Shown: one piece after another, positions 18,502-27,364 of the stretch
Layout: every line of letters begins with the position of its first letter
Numbering within the stretch: position 1 is the stretch's first letter
Source: Candidatus Woesearchaeota archaeon
Lineage (GTDB): Archaea > Nanobdellota > Nanobdellia > Woesearchaeales > WAPY01
Assembly: GCA_049700835.1 (NCBI GenBank)
Contig: JBNAUL010000002.1
Span: 396,275-439,470 of the forward strand
Length of the DNA: 43,196 nt
Reading direction: 5' to 3'
Notes under the pieces: generated by a model
What the model saw: only the letters and a program-made list of their open reading frames with translations
Databases searched by the model: none
What the model was told of the DNA's origin: nothing
Made by a program: the position numbers and the translations under genes

Positions 18502-19242
18502 TCAGAATGGTTTTTCAATCCAAAGGAATGCTATTAAAAATAGAATTCCAAGCAGTATTGCGCTAAGCAAAATCCATAATATCCCGTTTATGAACAGCAG
18601 AAGGGAAGCTCCTGCTATGAAGCCCAAGCTGAAAAAATAGAAAGCCCTTGAAGCAAAAAATATCTTGCTCCCATCAAGAGGGGGTATTGGAAGCATGTTG
18701 AATATTGCAAAGTAGATGTTAACCACAATCGCAGAATGCACGAGTCCTGAGAGAGCGTAAGGCTGCAGAATTTTTAAGACAAGAGCCAACAAAATATTGG
18801 CAACAGGACCCATCAGAGCGACAACTCCCATTGCAAAATAATTCAGCCCATACCTAAAGTATCCTAATCTGTGCCCTGGCATGAAGTGTATTACAAAACT
18901 TCCTGCTGCGATGAAAAACCAGAAACCCCTACTTAAGAAGGTTATTAAGAGGCAAATTAACAATCCATAGAACCACATTTCGTATTCTGCATTAAAACCT
19001 ATGTGCAATGCATACATCTTTTGAGCAATGATTCTGACGAGCAGTGCCAACGAAACTATTAAGAACATGTTGAAAAGATTTTTAAGGCCAAGCATAACAT
19101 CAGGAGTTTCAGAAGGCCCCCACTGCCTGAAAGAGAGGCAGAATGCAAGAATAAGCGCGGTTATTATAAAACTCTTGACCTCTTGATCGTTAAATCTCAA
19201 GTACCTCTTTATTTTATCTTGCAAATCAAAAAGGCTGTACAT
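18502..19242 (-). CDS. Site-2 protease (M50)-like membrane protein lacking HExxH
   Basis: ALMGPVANI and NMLPIPPLDG motifs present; LVRIIAQK stands where HELAHK occurs in the paralog at 26671..27258. Confidence 0.8.
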   Translation of the reverse strand: MYSLFDLQDKIKRYLRFNDQEVKSFIITALILAFCLSFRQWGPSETPDVMLGLKNLFNMFLIVSLALLVRIIAQKMYALHIGFNAEYEMWFYGLLICLLITFLSRGFWFFIAAGSFVIHFMPGHRLGYFRYGLNYFAMGVVALMGPVANILLALVLKILQPYALSGLVHSAIVVNIYFAIFNMLPIPPLDGSKIFFASRAFYFFSLGFIAGASLLLFINGILWILLSAILLGILFLIAFLWIEKPF

Positions 19243-19393
19243 AACAATAAAAAGGAAACCTGTATTTTTAAAACTTGTTATAAACTTTTAAAGTATTACT
19301 CTCAGATATTGCAAATTTTAGGAAGGTATTGTAAAACAAAAAATTACTACTTTAAAAGAAAAATTTTTAAACAAGATGTTTTTATCTTTAGCA

Positions 19394-19894
19394 ATGGCTG
19401 ACTACTTTAAAATCCTGAAGCGGTTTGAAAGGATGTTTAATTTCAGCAAAAAAAGCAAATTGGAAGAAAAAATAGTTGAGGACATAAATAGAAAAGCAAA
19501 TTCAAAAAAGAGTTTTTTCTTCATAGACGAATTTGGGCAAAAATACTGCCTAAAGTTAATTCCTGTCATAAACTATTTTGACAATAAGATAGGATTAGAG
19601 GAAAGTTTGGTTTTGGAAAAAATTCTGAACAATAATCTTAGAGAAGAAATAGGAGTTCTGTGCCTACTAAAAAACGGTTCCAAGAGTTATTCAATAAAGG
19701 ATTATGAAACAGAAAAGATTTTAGAGGTTTTGGGTAATGAGTGTTCATTCTATTGTTTAAGTTATAATGCCAATGAAACAAACAATAAAGGAAACAAAGA
19801 AATAGACATCGTAGGACCTTTCAGCATAAAAGAAATATATAATGATTTCAATAATTTTAGCCAAAAATTTAAAGATTATAAGGAAAAAGAATAA
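19394..19894 (+). CDS. Hypothetical protein
   Basis: ORF (track start 19376; ATG 19394 or 19376); no recognisable motif; overlaps the convergent gene by 19 bp. Confidence 0.55.
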   Translation: MADYFKILKRFERMFNFSKKSKLEEKIVEDINRKANSKKSFFFIDEFGQKYCLKLIPVINYFDNKIGLEESLVLEKILNNNLREEIGVLCLLKNGSKSYSIKDYETEKILEVLGNECSFYCLSYNANETNNKGNKEIDIVGPFSIKEIYNDFNNFSQKFKDYKEKE

Positions 19895-20712
19895 GTGAAT
19901 TCGATTTGGTTTCTTGAGAGTTTTTCTTCAAGTTCTTTAATAATATTTATTATCTCTACCTTATGCCCTGCTCCTAAAACAGCCATAACCTTTAAGTTCT
20001 TGTTTTTTATCAAAATATTGAAAAGTTTCTTTGCAATGAAATCGTTTCTTTCTTCTATTAAAACCTTGTAGAGCCCAGGATATCTGCTCCTTATTTGTTC
20101 AATTATCTTTTTTATCAATTCCTCCTCAGGAATCTTGTAAATATCAAACTTTATCCTTCCAATGCCGAAAAATCCCTTTACTATGTCAATCAAAAAATTC
20201 AACTTTTCCCTCAATGTCAGATTCTTAGATAGTTTTTTCAGTGTCACTTCTATATCTTGGTCAACCAATGCAATTTGTTTATTGTTTTTCAACGCAAGGT
20301 TAACTGCCTCAAGCATTTCAGAACCAGGTTCTATGTTCAAGCTTTTTCCTATCCTGTTCTGTATGAATGAAGCAATCATCCCGAATAAGAAACCCTTTAA
20401 ACCAATCCTTTTTATTGAGGAGAATTTTAGTCCTAATCTTTCATTTTCCACTTGTTTTTTGAGTTTTCCATTTTCCTTCATATTTTTCATGCTCTTTCTG
20501 CCATTTCTGATATTTCTGTTCTCATTGTTCTTCTTGCTCTTTTTGTTCTTTCTGCTCTCTCTTTCCATCAAAGCATGAAATCTTTTGCTGCATAGTTCTA
20601 CTGCAACAACATCAGGATTTGTTTCGTTGAATGCATTTCTGACTGCATATATGCTGTCTCTTGAAACATGGGATACAGGAATTATTGTCAATCTTTCTAA
20701 AACACTTTCCAT
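19876..20712 (-). CDS. TraB/PrgY (pheromone shutdown) domain protein
   Basis: HVSRDS, PDVVAVELC..R, PGSEMLEA, LVDQDIEVTL, LIEERN, VLGAGH. ATG 20712 has a TATA-like motif ~24 nt upstream. Contains a basic low-complexity insertion. Confidence 0.88.
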   Translation of the reverse strand: MESVLERLTIIPVSHVSRDSIYAVRNAFNETNPDVVAVELCSKRFHALMERESRKNKKSKKNNENRNIRNGRKSMKNMKENGKLKKQVENERLGLKFSSIKRIGLKGFLFGMIASFIQNRIGKSLNIEPGSEMLEAVNLALKNNKQIALVDQDIEVTLKKLSKNLTLREKLNFLIDIVKGFFGIGRIKFDIYKIPEEELIKKIIEQIRSRYPGLYKVLIEERNDFIAKKLFNILIKNKNLKVMAVLGAGHKVEIINIIKELEEKLSRNQIEFTYSFSL

Positions 20713-20922
20713 AAAATGTGTTAGTGATGAAGTGGTTAAAAACTTAACGATTGCTAAATGCAAAAAGAATGCAGATGCTTTTTAGAATTAAAACCTTTAA
20801 AATATTCTTGAACTTTAAAATATTTTTTAAAATTCCTAAAAATCGTGTATTTCAATCAATATTCAATCAAGATTTATATCTTATATCTTATTCTATTTAA
20901 TTTTATTTATTTCTATTTACTT

Positions 20923-21459
20923 CTATTTTTTAGGAGTTATTGTAAGCCAGAAAGCAGCGAATGCAGCTACTAGAAACAATACTGCAACTCCCAAAAGTTT
21001 TGGCTGAAAAATAGCAGCAAGGGCTGATGCAGCTACATCGCTTGTGTTGGTTGCATTGGTGGTTATTGAAGTAAAGTAACTGCCATAAACTTGGGAAAAA
21101 ACAATGAGCATTATGAAGCCCAAAAAACCAAGGGTTGTTGTGTGAACAGGCCCCCACTTTGACAATAATCCCTTGATGCTTTCCTCGCTGGTTCCAAGAA
21201 ATCTAAAAATTAGCAGTATGAAAAAGGCGATGAACAGCATGAAAAAGAGCCAAGGAGTCAGTATCTTTATTGTTGTGCTGAGATTTGTTGAGAGCAATGT
21301 AAAGAATCCGAAAAGAAAAGCAACCATTGCATTCAAGCTCTTGTTCTCCTTGAAAAAGTTAAGGTTGCTTAAGATTCCATATGTGACAACAAAAACAAGG
21401 ATAAATGTGAATACTGAGGAAAATTTTTCCAAAAACAGCAAATCAAGGAAGTCAGCCAT
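20923..21459 (-). CDS. 5-TM hypothetical membrane protein (paralog 3 of tandem triplet)
   Basis: FTFILVFVVTYGILSNLNFFKENKSLNAMVAF resembles the N-termini of the next two genes; track start GTG 21468. Confidence 0.8.
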   Translation of the reverse strand: MADFLDLLFLEKFSSVFTFILVFVVTYGILSNLNFFKENKSLNAMVAFLFGFFTLLSTNLSTTIKILTPWLFFMLFIAFFILLIFRFLGTSEESIKGLLSKWGPVHTTTLGFLGFIMLIVFSQVYGSYFTSITTNATNTSDVAASALAAIFQPKLLGVAVLFLVAAFAAFWLTITPKK

Positions 21460-21557
21460 TTTAATCACAATCGTTCAATTATTAATCCAATTCTTAATTT
21501 TTAATTGCAGTTTTTAGCTCTTTAGACAAATTAATTCTTTATCTTATTGACTTTATC

Positions 21558-22148
21558 TTATTGAACCTTGTCAAACCAACTCTTTATTGTGTCTCCCATT
21601 TTTTGCCCAGTGGTCTTTGGAGGTTCCTTTGTTATGAACCAGATTATAAAAACGAACACAGCAATTATTATGATAAATGCCTGTGTCTTTGGATTATTTA
21701 GCCCGAGCATTGCAAGTATCTTAGGATCAATCCATCCTGCTGATGAAGCAAAGATTATGAGGACAATTACAAGACAAGCAACTCCCAAAACTCCCATAAG
21801 AGTTGAGTCCTCTTTCACAGTTATTCCAAAAACTCCTATCAACAAAAGGAAGGATATGAAGAGCACAATCCATACAGAAACATTCGGAAGTGCAGAATTT
21901 ATAACATTGACAATGTCAACCCCTCTGTAAGAGTCTGTTATGTGAGGAATAACTACCGAGAGTGCAATTACAAGTGCGATCATCACATTAAAATTCTTTT
22001 TTCCCTCTCCCAAAATCTTTGTCCTTGTAAGAATCGCATAAACAAGGGTGAATATCAATATGAATGGCAGAATTACATCAGCAATTCCGAGTTCAACAAG
22101 ATAATTGATAAAATCTCCGAAAAGTGTTCCGCTTGCAGAAGTTGGCAT
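21558..22148 (-). CDS. 5-TM hypothetical membrane protein (paralog 2 of tandem triplet)
   Basis: DVILPFILIFTLVYAILTRTKILGEGKKNFNVMIAL; SD-like AGGTGA upstream. Confidence 0.85.
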   Translation of the reverse strand: MPTSASGTLFGDFINYLVELGIADVILPFILIFTLVYAILTRTKILGEGKKNFNVMIALVIALSVVIPHITDSYRGVDIVNVINSALPNVSVWIVLFISFLLLIGVFGITVKEDSTLMGVLGVACLVIVLIIFASSAGWIDPKILAMLGLNNPKTQAFIIIIAVFVFIIWFITKEPPKTTGQKMGDTIKSWFDKVQ

Positions 22149-22449
22149 GTTCTCACCTTTTTTGTTCTTGATTTTTTATTTTAATATCGTGATTCAAATA
22201 TTCTAATTCTTGATTGAAATTTATCCTTAAAATTTACCTTTATTTACCTTTATTTTAATTTTTTTATTTTATTCTAACTAAATCAATTCTTTTTAAATAT
22301 TTTTTTATTTTGATAAAAAATTTTGAAAATTTTGCCAAGCAATAAAAAATAATTTCTTTTCTTGCTTTTTATTCTCTTTTTTGCTTCTTATTTTTTGCAA
22401 TTACTTGTTCAATTACTTATTTTTTTATGCTTCCAATTACTTATTTTCT

Positions 22450-23019
22450 TTATTTCTTCTCTTGCTTTGGCTTTGGAGTGTAGGTAACATAAAAGACAGC
22501 CCCTCCTAATATCAGCAAAAAGAGTATTGCTGTCCATGTCTCTGAACTAAGTCCTGAGTTCAGGAAGTTAAACAACAACTCCAGCCAACTCTTTCCTGAA
22601 CTTGTCTTCATTGAGTTCAAGAATATGACTAACAAACCAAAGAACATTATTAGGGTAAAGATTGTTGACCATGCGCCTTTCAGGAAAAATCCCTCTGTTT
22701 CCTCCTTGTGGAAAGAACCTACCAATATTAAAAAGAGTATTGAAATTACAAGCAAGAGCATTGCATTTGAGGTTGTGTCTGTTATCACTTGAACCAACTT
22801 GTTAGAAGCAATTACAAAGAAACCAACAACAAACGCAACCGTAGCATTGAGGTTTTTCCTTGTATAATTTTGGTCTCCTATCTTTTCAGTTCCAAAAATC
22901 TTTGTCTTTTCAAGTATTGCAAAAACGATTGTGAAAACAAGAAGAAACGGCAGAATGACATCAAACAGCCCGAATTTATCAACAAGAGTCATTAATGACG
23001 AACGCATTGCTGATTCCAT
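22450..23019 (-). CDS. 5-TM hypothetical membrane protein (paralog 1 of tandem triplet)
   Basis: DVILPFLLVFTIVFAILEKTKIFG...KNLNATVAF; promoter-like CGAAAGTTTAAATA ~23 nt upstream. Confidence 0.85.
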   Translation of the reverse strand: MESAMRSSLMTLVDKFGLFDVILPFLLVFTIVFAILEKTKIFGTEKIGDQNYTRKNLNATVAFVVGFFVIASNKLVQVITDTTSNAMLLLVISILFLILVGSFHKEETEGFFLKGAWSTIFTLIMFFGLLVIFLNSMKTSSGKSWLELLFNFLNSGLSSETWTAILFLLILGGAVFYVTYTPKPKQEKK

Positions 23020-23119
23020 GTTGTAAAACTATACAAGTATACTATTTAAAACTTTCGATTTTTATGCAGGACTTTAAATCATTGATGAATGCTTATTATT
23101 ATAATGATTTGCATAATTT

Positions 23120-23881
23120 TTATTTCATGACAATATGATAGTTCTCAACCCTAAAGTCATCTTCATTGTTTGTATCAAATATTGATTTCTGAGAGGAATA
23201 GCACTTCAGAGCCATTAATTTCTTATCAAGTTCTGTGTCAGAAAGTATTAGTCTTAAATGAACCTTCTGATGCTTTGTCTTCAACAGCCTGTTTGTGTTT
23301 ATGTTTCTTATCCTAAGTTCAGGAGCAAATGTCAACAACTTTAAACCAGAAAATTCACGAAATTCCTCTCTTAATTCCCTAAATGTTTCATAAACTATCC
23401 TATAAATTGTTTTGTGAAGGAAATGCCCATACTCGCCAAGGGAATTGTGCGTTACTATGAAATTTGGTTTAAAGTTCAGCGCAAGATTTTTTATCATCGG
23501 CTTCAACAATTCTTTTATTTTGTTAAATGTTTTTTCAGCCCCGTATTTTTCAAGCCATAAATGATAGTTCAAATCATCAATATTGTTTGCTATTTTGAAT
23601 TTCACATTCAGTTTTTTCAGGGCATTTTTAAACTCCTTTTCCCTTTTTTTCTTAACCTCTTTTCTCTCTTTGGAATTCTTTGCAACTCCAAGCCCATGGG
23701 TTGAGCAAAATACAAAAGAACTCCTACTGAATCTTGACAAGAGGCCTCCTGAAAATATGGTTTCGTCATCAGGATGCGCTGTTATTATTAGGAACCTGCT
23801 GAACTTTGAAAACCTTATAAATTTGTTTTTATTCTCTTTTTTTGCTGCCTTATTTTTTGTTTTCTTTCTATCTGCTTTCAC
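23120..23881 (-). CDS. PIG-L/LmbE family deacetylase
   Basis: AHPDDE metal motif, THG, REKE, THNSLGEYGHFLH, KLMALKCYSSQ; GTG start after GGAGATGA. Confidence 0.9.
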   Translation of the reverse strand: MKADRKKTKNKAAKKENKNKFIRFSKFSRFLIITAHPDDETIFSGGLLSRFSRSSFVFCSTHGLGVAKNSKERKEVKKKREKEFKNALKKLNVKFKIANNIDDLNYHLWLEKYGAEKTFNKIKELLKPMIKNLALNFKPNFIVTHNSLGEYGHFLHKTIYRIVYETFRELREEFREFSGLKLLTFAPELRIRNINTNRLLKTKHQKVHLRLILSDTELDKKLMALKCYSSQKSIFDTNNEDDFRVENYHIVMK

Positions 23882-23899
23882 AAAATCATCTCCTGCAAA

Positions 23900-24769
23900 T
23901 CATCTCCTATCAAATGATTTTATAAAGTTTATCAGCTGTTCGCTGGTTTCAAGATTGAAAAATTCTTTTTCATGCATTGAAGGAACCTTTCTCGGCTTCT
24001 TCTTCTTGAATATTACAAAATTGAAAGAGCTGAATATTGAAGAGAGCAAAGGAGATTTTAACCTTCTCTTATCACCTATCTCTGTGAGTATTATATCCTT
24101 TCCCTTCTTTGCTATAACATCAAAATCTGTTTTAACATCGAATGCTTCAAAGCCGAGATTGCTGTACTTTCTTGAATAGACAGATTTCAATTCTGGATTA
24201 AAATCAAAATTTTTGGAAAAATCAATATTAACCGGCTTGAACACATCCTTTCCAAAGAGCTTGTAAAATCTCATGGCTTTCTGCATCGTAACATAAGAAT
24301 CCCTTCTTTCGTATTCATAAGCCATTGCCCTGCTCACGCCTACAAAACTTGAGATGTCTGAAAGGGACATCTTGAGCATTATCCTGTTCCTCCTCAAGGC
24401 CTCACTGTTTATAACCAATGTTATGCCTGCCTTTGAACTCCTGAAAAAGACCTCTTTATTCAGAATTATCTTTTTGAAGGTCTCAAATGTAATGGTCTTT
24501 ATCCCAAATCTTTCATAAACAACATAATCAAGAAGTTTTTCCCCTGAGTATTCTGCAATTATTATTGGAGATGCGTTTATAAAGTGAGATATGCCCAAGA
24601 GTTGCAATGCGTTTTCTTTTGACAAGGAATTTGCATCCTTCAATATCTTTATCAGCATTACATTTTTGCCAAAAGCAACTATGTCAAAACACCTTACAAG
24701 CTTTACCTTATAGTCGTGCTTTAAAAGAAAATCGCTGACCTCTTCCAGCAAGCGCTCTTTTTCCTGCAT
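23900..24769 (-). CDS. Archaeal HTH transcriptional regulator (COG1395-like)
   Basis: N-terminal CFDIVA..MLIKILKDANSL, VVYERFGI, central Cro/XRE-like HTH (MSLSDISSFVGVSRAMAYEYE), second FDVIAKK repeat. Confidence 0.8.
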   Translation of the reverse strand: MQEKERLLEEVSDFLLKHDYKVKLVRCFDIVAFGKNVMLIKILKDANSLSKENALQLLGISHFINASPIIIAEYSGEKLLDYVVYERFGIKTITFETFKKIILNKEVFFRSSKAGITLVINSEALRRNRIMLKMSLSDISSFVGVSRAMAYEYERRDSYVTMQKAMRFYKLFGKDVFKPVNIDFSKNFDFNPELKSVYSRKYSNLGFEAFDVKTDFDVIAKKGKDIILTEIGDKRRLKSPLLSSIFSSFNFVIFKKKKPRKVPSMHEKEFFNLETSEQLINFIKSFDRR

Positions 24770-24896
24770 AATAAAAAAATATGCTGTTCAATTTAAAAAT
24801 CTTTTTGAACAAAATTATTTTTTAGCAAAACAAAATCAGCAATTTTTGGAATGAAAACATAAAAAGAGGAAAAATACAGAAAAAGAAATTAAGAAA

Positions 24897-25082
24897 TTAC
24901 AATCTGTACTTGGGGCACTTCCTGCACTGTTCAGGAGGATTGTTCTGGTCAATACTTTCAGGGCAGTCAGGATAGGTTCCTTTGCAGTTAGGGAATTTCC
25001 CTGTTCTTGACTCAAATGTCTTTTGCTCGCGAAGCCATCTCGGAGTTACCTTCAATTGAGCTCTTCTACTCTTTCTTGTCAT
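24897..25082 (-). CDS. Small basic protein with four Cys (putative metal-binding)
   Basis: ATG 25082 with TATA-like GAAAAGTTTTTAATA ~24 nt upstream; 61 aa, C-x6-C-x12-C-x2-C. Confidence 0.7.
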   Translation of the reverse strand: MTRKSRRAQLKVTPRWLREQKTFESRTGKFPNCKGTYPDCPESIDQNNPPEQCRKCPKYRL

Positions 25083-25207
25083 AGATTGTTTGAAAAACAA
25101 GGGGTATTAAAAACTTTTCTATTTTTTGCTTGCTAGAAAACACAAACAGTTAATTGAAAGACATTGAATAGCATTGAATAAAGAATCCAAGCATAAAATA
25201 AATAAAC

Positions 25208-25981
25208 ATGAAAGATTATTCAAAGTTTAAGATGGAAATTGAGGAATTTTCTGAAAAACTGAAAACTGCTTTGGAACAAAACTATGCAATTGTTTTTGCA
25301 TGCTTATGCAGAGTTCTATACAAGGGAAGGGCTGAGAGCTTTCTTCCAGAAGGGGAGAGAATAGTAATCATAAAGAAGGATCATACCATGCTAATACATC
25401 AACCAAAGTACAGCAACCCAATAAATTATATGAAAGAAGGAACAAGTTACTCAGTAGAGATTGATCAAAGCACAGGAGAAAAATTGGCTGTTGTGAAGGC
25501 AGCAAACCATAGGCAAAAGGAGTTCATGGATGTAATAATCAGCAGAATTTATTTTTTTGAAAGTTTGCGCTTGAATGATGATTCAAAGATAATAATCTCT
25601 GGAACAGAGCGAGACATGGCTGAAATGATAATGAAAAAACCTGATTTGATTGAACAGGGCTTCAAACCATTGAGCAGAGAAGAGCACACAAAGTATGGGT
25701 TCATTGATGTTTTTGGTTATGATAGCAAGAACAGGTTTGTTGTTATAGAAGCAAAGAGATATGCAGGGGATTTAAAAGCAGTTTCTCAGCTGAGAAGGTA
25801 TGTTGAAAAGATAAAAAGGCTTAGAGGGATAAGCAATGTAAGGGGAATACTTGCATGCCCAAAGATAAGCCCTAATGCTTTGAAAATGCTCCATGACTTT
25901 GGATTTGAGTTCAAGATGTTAAAGCCTCCAAAATATCTTGAAGAATTTGGTAAAAAACAAAAGAGGATATTTGATTTCTAA
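25208..25981 (+). CDS. nucS: Endonuclease NucS (EndoMS)
   Basis: CRVLYKGRAESFL, IIKKDHTMLIH, PINY, GTERDM, GFIDVFGYD, VVIEAKR, AVSQLRRY, RGILACP. Confidence 0.95.
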   Translation: MKDYSKFKMEIEEFSEKLKTALEQNYAIVFACLCRVLYKGRAESFLPEGERIVIIKKDHTMLIHQPKYSNPINYMKEGTSYSVEIDQSTGEKLAVVKAANHRQKEFMDVIISRIYFFESLRLNDDSKIIISGTERDMAEMIMKKPDLIEQGFKPLSREEHTKYGFIDVFGYDSKNRFVVIEAKRYAGDLKAVSQLRRYVEKIKRLRGISNVRGILACPKISPNALKMLHDFGFEFKMLKPPKYLEEFGKKQKRIFDF

Positions 25982-26128
25982 ACAATAAATTTATCTAATG
26001 CTTATTTTATTTGTGTTTTACGCTTATTTATGCTTATTCTAAAAATGCTTCGTCATCTGTCACAATTTTATTGTTCTGCATTTGTTCTGCATTTATTCTA
26101 TATCTTGCTCTTGAAACAAATTTTAAAC

Positions 26129-26659
26129 TCATTCATTAACGCTTATGAGTTTTATCTCAAAATTCAACGGCTTGCCTGCAAGAGGATGATTTAAATCAAG
26201 AACAACATCCTGATCATTAAAGTCCTTTATTTCAGCATAGGCCCTTGAACCATCTGGCGCTGTGAAGACTAATCTCTTTCCCTTTTCAAGTTCTACCTTT
26301 CCCTCAAATATGTTTCTCGGCATTGAAGCAACATAATTATCATTTCTCTCGCCATAAGCGTCCTTCGGCATTATTCTTATCTTCTTGACTTGTCCTGGCT
26401 TCATTCCAATGACAGCGTCCTCAAACGGCTTGAGAACTGATTTTGAACCAATCCTGAACTTAAAGCCCTCTTGGACAGAATCAAAGACCTTTCCATCATC
26501 AAATGTTCCTGTATAGCTTACCTCAACAAGAGAACCCTCTTTAGCAGTTATTTCTGCTGTTTCAGGAGTTTTTTTGTTCATTGAGCCCTTGCTCTGGTTT
26601 TTTTCCTTAATTTCTTCTTTTTTTGCATCTTCTTTCTTTTTCATTTTCTTTCCTCTCAA
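26129..26659 (-). CDS. FKBP-type peptidyl-prolyl isomerase with IF domain (SlyD-like)
   Basis: VSYTGTFDDGKVFDS, FEDAVIGMKPG, PKDAYG, DLNHPLAGKPLNFEI; K-rich N-tail; start may be ATG 26644. Confidence 0.93.
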   Translation of the reverse strand: MRGKKMKKKEDAKKEEIKEKNQSKGSMNKKTPETAEITAKEGSLVEVSYTGTFDDGKVFDSVQEGFKFRIGSKSVLKPFEDAVIGMKPGQVKKIRIMPKDAYGERNDNYVASMPRNIFEGKVELEKGKRLVFTAPDGSRAYAEIKDFNDQDVVLDLNHPLAGKPLNFEIKLISVNE

Positions 26660-26670
26660 AATTTGTTAAA

Positions 26671-27258
26671 TCAGATGAACGCCTTTATAAGCCCGTATAG
26701 GAACTGAAAACCGTCAAATCCAGGAATAGGGAGCATGTTGAATATGAACAGGAACAGATTTATCCTTGCTGTTAAAATCATAACTGGCAAAAAGTATTTT
26801 TTCCTTCTTAATTTCTTTGGGGCTTTGGCAACAACCAATGAGCTTATTATAAAAATCAGAAGGTTTGTTAATGGGCCTGCAAGCGCTGTCAATGAATAAG
26901 TCAGATAACTTCCAGAGCCTGTTATTGAAACATAGGCAGGAACAAAAAAGATGAATGGAAAGCCCAAAAACTTCATCAACAGGCCAACTGTTAACCAACC
27001 ATAAGCAGCGTGGAAAGTTGCACTCATTCCAAAACTCAAAGCAACAAATTTGTGGGCTAATTCATGGAGTATTATTCCAGGAGCAACAATCAGAGCAGAC
27101 AGTTTAAAAGCTTGGAAATCAAACGATTTGTTTATCAAATAGTAATCTTGGTAAGCGCTCTTAACTAAAAGATTTCTTAAAAATCCCTCAAATATCACTC
27201 CGACAACAATGCTCATCAGCACTATATCAAAAACCTCTAACAAACTTATCAATGCCAT
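26671..27258 (-). CDS. Site-2 protease (M50 family) zinc metalloprotease
   Basis: ILHELAHK (HExxH), ALAGPLTNL, NMLPIPGFDG. Confidence 0.92.
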   Translation of the reverse strand: MALISLLEVFDIVLMSIVVGVIFEGFLRNLLVKSAYQDYYLINKSFDFQAFKLSALIVAPGIILHELAHKFVALSFGMSATFHAAYGWLTVGLLMKFLGFPFIFFVPAYVSITGSGSYLTYSLTALAGPLTNLLIFIISSLVVAKAPKKLRRKKYFLPVMILTARINLFLFIFNMLPIPGFDGFQFLYGLIKAFI

Positions 27259-27364
27259 GATAAAAAAAAGAAAATAAACAACCCTTTAAAAGATTTTGGT
27301 TTTTGCAAGATTGAAAGCATTAAAGACAAAGAATTAAAAATAAAAATCTAAAAAGATTAAAAAA

